Shown here: positions 57,545-64,000 of the stretch, piece by piece
Numbering within the stretch: the stretch's first letter is position 1
Layout of the letters: every line of letters begins with the position of its first letter
Source: Octopus vulgaris
Taxonomy: Eukaryota
Direction of reading: 5' to 3'
NCBI GenBank assembly: GCA_951406725.2
Contig: OX597839.1
Coordinates: forward strand, 17,546,001-17,610,000
DNA: 64,000 nt
Notes under the pieces: generated by a model
What the model saw: only the letters and a program-made list of their open reading frames with translations
Database searches by the model: none
What the model was told of the DNA's origin: nothing
Program-made: the position numbers and the translations under genes

Positions 57545-59760
57545 ATTAAATGGTACATATGTTCAGCTGCTTCTACCTTAAGGGGTTTCTTCAAGCATCA
57601 AAAATAAATACTGAATAAAGAATCATTCATATATATACATATATATCGTTGATTCTTTGTCAATATATAACAAAGAAAAAGTAGTCCAGATCATGGAAGT
57701 GAGAAGAGGAGTATTATTTTAAAAAGGTGTCAAGAATTACCCTGATAATAAGAGAAGAACAACAGAAGGGAAGAGAAAACAAAGGAAAGAAAAGAGAAGG
57801 TTTATTCATTAAATTTTGGTAATTAATCATCATTGGATGTGTTCTTCTAAGAAAAATGGTATGTTCAGTATGTAGCAGTTTGAGCATTTATATATTTGTG
57901 TCCTTATTTCCATTGATTAAACATTGAATTTTTTTTTTATCAATATAGTCAATTATATTGTGGAGTTTAAATAGGTTGAAAATCACGTTAAAAATAAAAT
58001 TAAAGGTGTTATAAAGGAAATATGGTAAGGTTAATGTAAGGAAAGATCTTGAGGATGAATATATGTTTCTTTATTACCCACAAGGGGCTAAACATAGAGG
58101 GGACAAACAAGGACAGACAAACGAATTAAGTTGATTACATCGACCCCAGTGCGTAACTGGTACTTAATTTATCGACCCTGAAAGGATGAAAGGCAAAGTT
58201 GACCATGGCGGAATTTGAACTCAGAACGTAACAGCAGACAAAATACAGCTACACCTTTCGATCGGCGTGCTAATGGTTCTGCCAGCTCGCTGCCTTCTTG
58301 AGGATGAATATAATTAAGAATAAAAATAACTGGAATAAGGTTGACTCATTTTTGATTTTGAATTTGGTTTGCAAGAATCTTCATGTGAACTTGTGCGTTG
58401 AAACATATTTTGTTATATCTTGGGAGGGTCATTATACCAACAATAAATGCACACACTGGTTATATTTCACTTCTTCAATTTCTTTTATTTGTTACTTCAT
58501 TACCCATTTAACCAATTATGATTGTTTGGTTAATTGTTTAATCAATCAATCATTCTTCAAGGTTTGTCAAAGCTACTTTGTTGCTATTTGTAACCTCATT
58601 AATGACACATCATCTCTTCTCCAGGTGTGTAGGAATGTTGTGCTTTGTGATGATGTCTGAATTTTTTACTTTGTATCTGTTACTACATTTATATACTAAC
58701 TTTCACTTTTGCAAACCTTCACACTGACTTCTGGAGGGGGTCAGGTTTCACTAGATTTAAAATACCTGAGCTGTGCCATATACCATGATGAGGCCTCTTA
58801 GTAGTCTCCCATCTGGAGCTGAAAGCTGAAAGAAAGGAGAAAAACTGAACATAAGAGTACAGTTACATACGTTACAATATATGAGTATTTAAATCTATGA
58901 GAAATCAATACAAAGTTTGTGAAAGGTAAAAAAAGGTAAGAAAAGATGCAAGGTAAGAAAAGGAAACACCCTCGGCTCACAAACACCTTCCTATAGGCCT
59001 GGAGTATCATGGTCATGTCATAGAAGTTGCAAATGACAACAAAACGACTTTGACAAGTTTGAATGAATTAATTTGTTAAATATTTTATCAAATGACAAAT
59101 AGAAATAAAGAAGTGAAATAGAACCAGTGCATGTGTTTATTATTAGCATAATGACCCTCCCAAGTTAAAACAAACTATGTTTCAAAATACAATTTCACAT
59201 CTAAAATCTTGCAAACCAAATAGAAAAATGAAATTAGTCAACCCTTTTTCTCAGTTATTTTTCACCTTCATTCATTATATTAAATTAGAATTTCCTTTAT
59301 GACACTTTCAATATTAATTTTAATATCATATTTAACCTATTTAAACTCCACAGTGTATTTCATTATGTTTGTAAAAAAAAATCTATCGATGTTTGATCAA
59401 TAAAAATAAGGACACAATTCTATAACTGTTCAGACTGCTACAGACTGAACATACTAACCATTTCTTACAACAACACATCCCACAATGATTAATTACCAAG
59501 TTTCAATGAATCAACCTTTTCTTTTCTTTCCTTTGTTTTCTCTTCTCTTCTGTTCATCTGTTATTACCCACATAATTCTTGACTCCATTTTAAAATACTC
59601 CTCCTCCTCCTCCTCCCATTTCCACAATGTAGACTACTTGTCCTTTGTTATGTATTAACAAAGAATTGTACATATATAAAAATAAAAAGCAACAATATTT
59701 TTTGACATTTGAAAAAATCCCTTAAGGTAAAAACAAGTGGACACATATAACATTTAACAA
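57545..59760. repeat. Long diverged inverted repeat (about 57545-58530 against about 59060-59760)
   Basis: Collinear reverse-complement blocks: accttaaggg/cccttaaggt, gaagagaaaacaaaggaaagaaaaga, ttggtaattaatcat, tgtgtccttattt, ttgggagggtcattat. Confidence 0.88.
58064..58295 (-). mobile_element. Young tRNA-derived SINE, family B, with 17-bp target-site duplication
   Basis: Head GGCAGCGAGCTGGCAGAA...GAGTTCAAATTCC. TSD tcttgaggatgaatata at 58047-58063 and 58296-58312. Other copies at about 7495-7680, 8038-8230, 24770-24955, 45880-46090 and 48520-48700. Confidence 0.9.
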
Positions 59761-60049
59761 AACTACACACACACATACACACCTACAGACATTAAATGAT
59801 GATGGATGATATACCTACATACACACAGTATGTAGGTATATCACACAAATGATATACCTGTTAGATGATATACTTGTTAGAGCAACAAGTGGAATGCCTT
59901 GTTATGTCTGTTCTGGCATGTTGTGTCTTCTAATGGTACTACTGTCTGCAATGAATTTGATGCCAAGCAGTATCAACTCTTAACTTTCTAGTAGACAATA
60001 CCATTGGTGTTGAGAGAGGAAACTTACAAATGGGGTCAATTGATAGTTA

Positions 60050-60415
60050 TTTATAAAGGTCCCTACTCAAGCCCTTTTCCAAGTGTAGATCCATTCTCAC
60101 AAAGACTTAGAAAGCTCTCATATGTAAATGCTGGGTAGCCATGTATTTTATCTTTTGCAAGGTACCTGGGCTTTTCCTTCTGTTGTATTTCAGCCTCTCA
60201 ACACCTGACATAAAACCACTACACTCACTTAAATAGCTGAAGAGGCTTTTTAGTTTTACCTGTTTGTTTCTTGTCTTGTAAGATACTTGGTGACCTAGCT
60301 TGCACAAAAATGTACCCAATGCACAGTGTGAAGTGGTTGGCATTCTAAAGTCTGGTATGTGTTTGACTATAATCCACTGAGGAGGGCTGATAAGACTGAA
60401 ATATGTCTAGAATTC
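60050..60415. mobile_element. Possible PLE GIY-YIG remnant (-) next to a decayed hammerhead motif (+, 60371-60414)
   Basis: Minus strand KQTGKTKKPLQL and EWIYT. Plus strand CTGAGGA...GAAA tat GTC. Confidence 0.35.
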
Positions 60416-61401
60416 TCACTGTGCCTACCAAAGATCAGGCCAGGTCTCCTCATCTCACTACATCTATACATTTAATTTTCAATCAGTTTGAATTTCAAAG
60501 TTCTCTCCTTTGCCTTCCCTGACAATAATTTGTTAATAGAATCTGTTGGAAGCCAACAACATTGCTGCTTTTCCCAAAATGCATGATATAAAAGAGATAT
60601 ATATATTTTTTAAATCAATAAATCTATCCAGGAAATTGTCTAGTAAGGATTATGTTAGTATTGATAAACCATTGTATTTCTCTTCAGTATAACCAAACTA
60701 CTTCATAATAACAACTACATGGTTACAGTCTCCTATCACATACTTCACATCTTGTTTACTACTGTTAGAATTATTTGCAATCTAATATATGTTTAGAGTA
60801 AATTACATGGAGATAAGATGTGGCTAATACAAGCTGAGTGAGCAGCTGTTGTTTTTGAAAGAGTTAAGTGGCTGTGATTATCCAGGAAATGTCATGTCTT
60901 ATAAAAAGAAATTAAATAACAAAATGTTGGCATTGATAACATATTCAGTGCTGCTTTTTAGTGAGGTTTGTTTAACATGTATTCATTTATTCTTTCACTG
61001 GTCTTATTTATTGGACTGGGGCCAGGCTGGAGCAGAGTATCACCTCAAAGGCTTTAGTCAGTTGTAATGTTTCTAGAAACTATTTCAGTCTTGTAGATAT
61101 TTTATTGATCTCTGTTTACCAAACTACTGAAACACAGTTTAAATACAGACACCCATATAAACATCCATGCATACTTACACACATGCACGCATGCACACAC
61201 GCACACACACATCCACACACGTATGCACAATGAGCTTCTGCTGAATTTCAGTCTACCAATTTCTCACAACACACTGATCCACCAAAGGCTATATTATAAA
61301 ACACCAACCCATGGTTCCTCACATTGGGAACAAACCTCAAAATAAATTGCCTTGAAATGGACTTTTTAACTCAGACCTGTACCTATATAAGTCTGTGCAT
61401 G

Positions 61402-61442
<41 letters not shown>

Positions 61443-64000
61443 TCATACTCACTTTTACATCTGCTTTCCATGCTGGCCTGATTTCGGTATTTTTACTGGG
61501 CCCAACAGTTTAAAGGCCCATGTCTTGCTCCAGTGTTTCAATTTTGGCTTGATTTTTAGGGTTGGATGCCCTTTTCAATACTAACCACTTTGCAGAATGC
61601 ACTGGATGCTTTATTCATGACACTTGCAAATAATTAAAACAACACAATTTAAAGGAAATAAGGCATGAAAGATTCTCTGGCTAGGTTGATTTGGGTACTC
61701 CACAACTCTGTTCACTCACTTCTTAAATTGTGTTTGACTGCAACAAAATGTGACGGTGAACTGTTTTTTAGATATTTGATTTTGAAAGACACCAACATCT
61801 TGAAACTGTACTATTACAATTTTGATATGTCTTATTTTTAATTTTACTAACAATCTATCTTTTGTAGATTGTTGATATTCTGAACCTAACTATTTTTATG
61901 TCATTCTAACTTTTTTTGTAGAATTTCTGGCTCTACAGATCCATAACTTTGTCTATTAACTGTTTGTTCGATTTTTCAAGATTGGTGGACCTTAATTCAT
62001 CTTCAGTCCTTGCATTTCCTTCATTATTTTTCTAAGGAAGGACTTCATTGTTACTTAGAAGAAGATATTTCTCTTCACCTGATTTTATTGTTTTATACTA
62101 AATCTTTTTTTCTGTGCCTTTTTCCTTTATGTTGTTGCATCTATAATTATTTCTTCCTGGTTATATGATGAAGGTATGATTTTGCAGATTGGTATAGTCA
62201 GGGGTTTAGGTATTTACTTATCTACTTGTGATAATGAGCCCAGAGATATTTCATTTGCTATCCCCAGAACTGGTCTTCTGGAAACTTAGATTTATTATTC
62301 TTTTTGTTATTACCTTTGAGTTTCATTATTTTTCTTTTCTTTGTTTTTGATTAATCTACCCAGTTCTTTAGGAAATTCAGCTCTATTGTGTGTTTTGCTC
62401 CAACAAATATAACAACTGAGTTTTCTACTCTTTACCAACAATCTCATACACTTTGTCTTGGTTTTTTCTACTAAACACACTTCTAGTATGGTTCTGTATC
62501 TTTTGGGCTTCATTAGAACTTGCAAGTCCATTTTGATCCTCCTTGTCAACAGGTGACCTTTTGTGAAGCTTGTTTTGACCACTCTACTATACTGTGACAC
62601 AAAAGTCACTTCTAGCCATGGGTCCACATTGTGTCCAGTATCTCCTTTTGTGACTCTTGTGTTTCTTAAACCCATGTACTAGGACATAGATGTATAGTCA
62701 GAGGTATGTCAGACAATTTCAAACTATGTTTGAGTTGCACTTCCAGTTTTAAAGGCACAGCAAATAGTGCCATTGCTTTTTCCTTTTGCAATTGAGACAG
62801 CTTGTTGTTAAACAAATCAATATGAGGGGAAATTAATGACTGTCATTGGTATTGTGGGCAACCCCACCTTAGGCAATTAGTTCCTTCTACAAGCACTCCA
62901 AAGAAAATTTCATTCGGATACTTGAAATCTAATGTGTTTTGAAGGGAGAATCAAAGCGACATCTTCACACTACTAAAGTTAGTGATGATGATGGTGATAA
63001 CAATGATGATGATGATGATGTAAAACAATCCATGTTATCCAGAGAGAAAATTACTATGTATGATTCAATTAAGATAGTAGACGAAAAAAAAAGGTGAGTT
63101 GTTTTAGTTTAGTTTACAAAATAGTTTTTGTTGGATTAAGTTTTTGCTGTTTCTGTTTTTCTCCTAACTTTCATTCTGTCTATTTAAGTACAAGGTATAA
63201 AAAAAATCCTTACATGTTTGGTTCTTAAAAGGATTGCTGCCTTTAACATGTGTATAGTTACATATCCCCTCCTACTTCAACATGCCATTTATATCATCAT
63301 CATCATCATCATATTATATTACAGACTATACAGTGAGATTCTGTAATTATTTGTACATAGCTCTTCTTAACATTGCTGTTGGATTCCAAAAATGCTTAAT
63401 AATAATAACAGCAGTAGTAGTAGTAGTAGTAATTAGAATAACAACGAATGTAGAATGTTTTGATGAAACCAGTGTGAATGTTTAATGCATATTTTACTTT
63501 TGAAATGCATCCCTTTTCCACCCGGGTGCCATTTATTTGTTTTGTATTTGGATGAGGGTTATTTTTGTTGTTTACTTTTGTTATTTTTTTTTTGCACACT
63601 TTTAAGAATACTTCTAATTTCTTTTATTCATTTTCTACTTTATTATATCTGCATTAGTTAGCTTAGCTATTAACCTGAGTAGCTTGTAATAATTAATTTT
63701 TTTTCTCTTTTAAATCTTAAAGTAAAAAAAAATATTGGAAGATGACAGAAAAAACAAGCAAAGGTTGACTTTTCTTGTTATTATTTCATACATTTTTTAT
63801 TAATTTCTTTCTTTTGCTTTTTGCATTTTAAACATTGTTTTTTGTCGTCCCTTATATTTTATCCATTTTTATTAAATAAATGATTAAAGGAAAGTAAAAA
63901 AAATTATGTTAAACTTTTATTAGCAATTAACCAATATATATAGCATGTAACACAGGTGATGGTGACAGGTAAAACAAATTCATTAGCAGTACTTAATTGA

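Noticed and set aside
62310-62675. 121-aa minus-strand ORF in non-microsatellite sequence
   Set aside because: No recognisable motif. Probably a decayed retroelement, but I cannot assign it.

Overview
AT-rich, microsatellite-saturated eukaryotic DNA. The SINE repertoire and (TA)n/(CA)n density suggest an octopus or other coleoid genome (inference). The only host coding sequence I can support is one 75-nt, phase 0/0 forkhead-domain exon of a FoxJ2/3-type gene (51089-51163, +), so the rest is probably large introns. The window also holds decayed Tc1 and mariner transposons, CR1-group and RTE LINE remnants, Penelope-like element (PLE) remnants, a Helentron-type non-autonomous element and many tRNA-derived SINEs. 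The most notable signal is a set of type I hammerhead-ribozyme motifs. Four have intact catalytic cores and several more are decayed. They lie in PLE-type repeats that often sit in (TA)n tracts and recur as long fold-back inverted repeats. Most ORFs in the supplied track are microsatellite translations. All alignments, folds and repeat boundaries were read by eye and are approximate.
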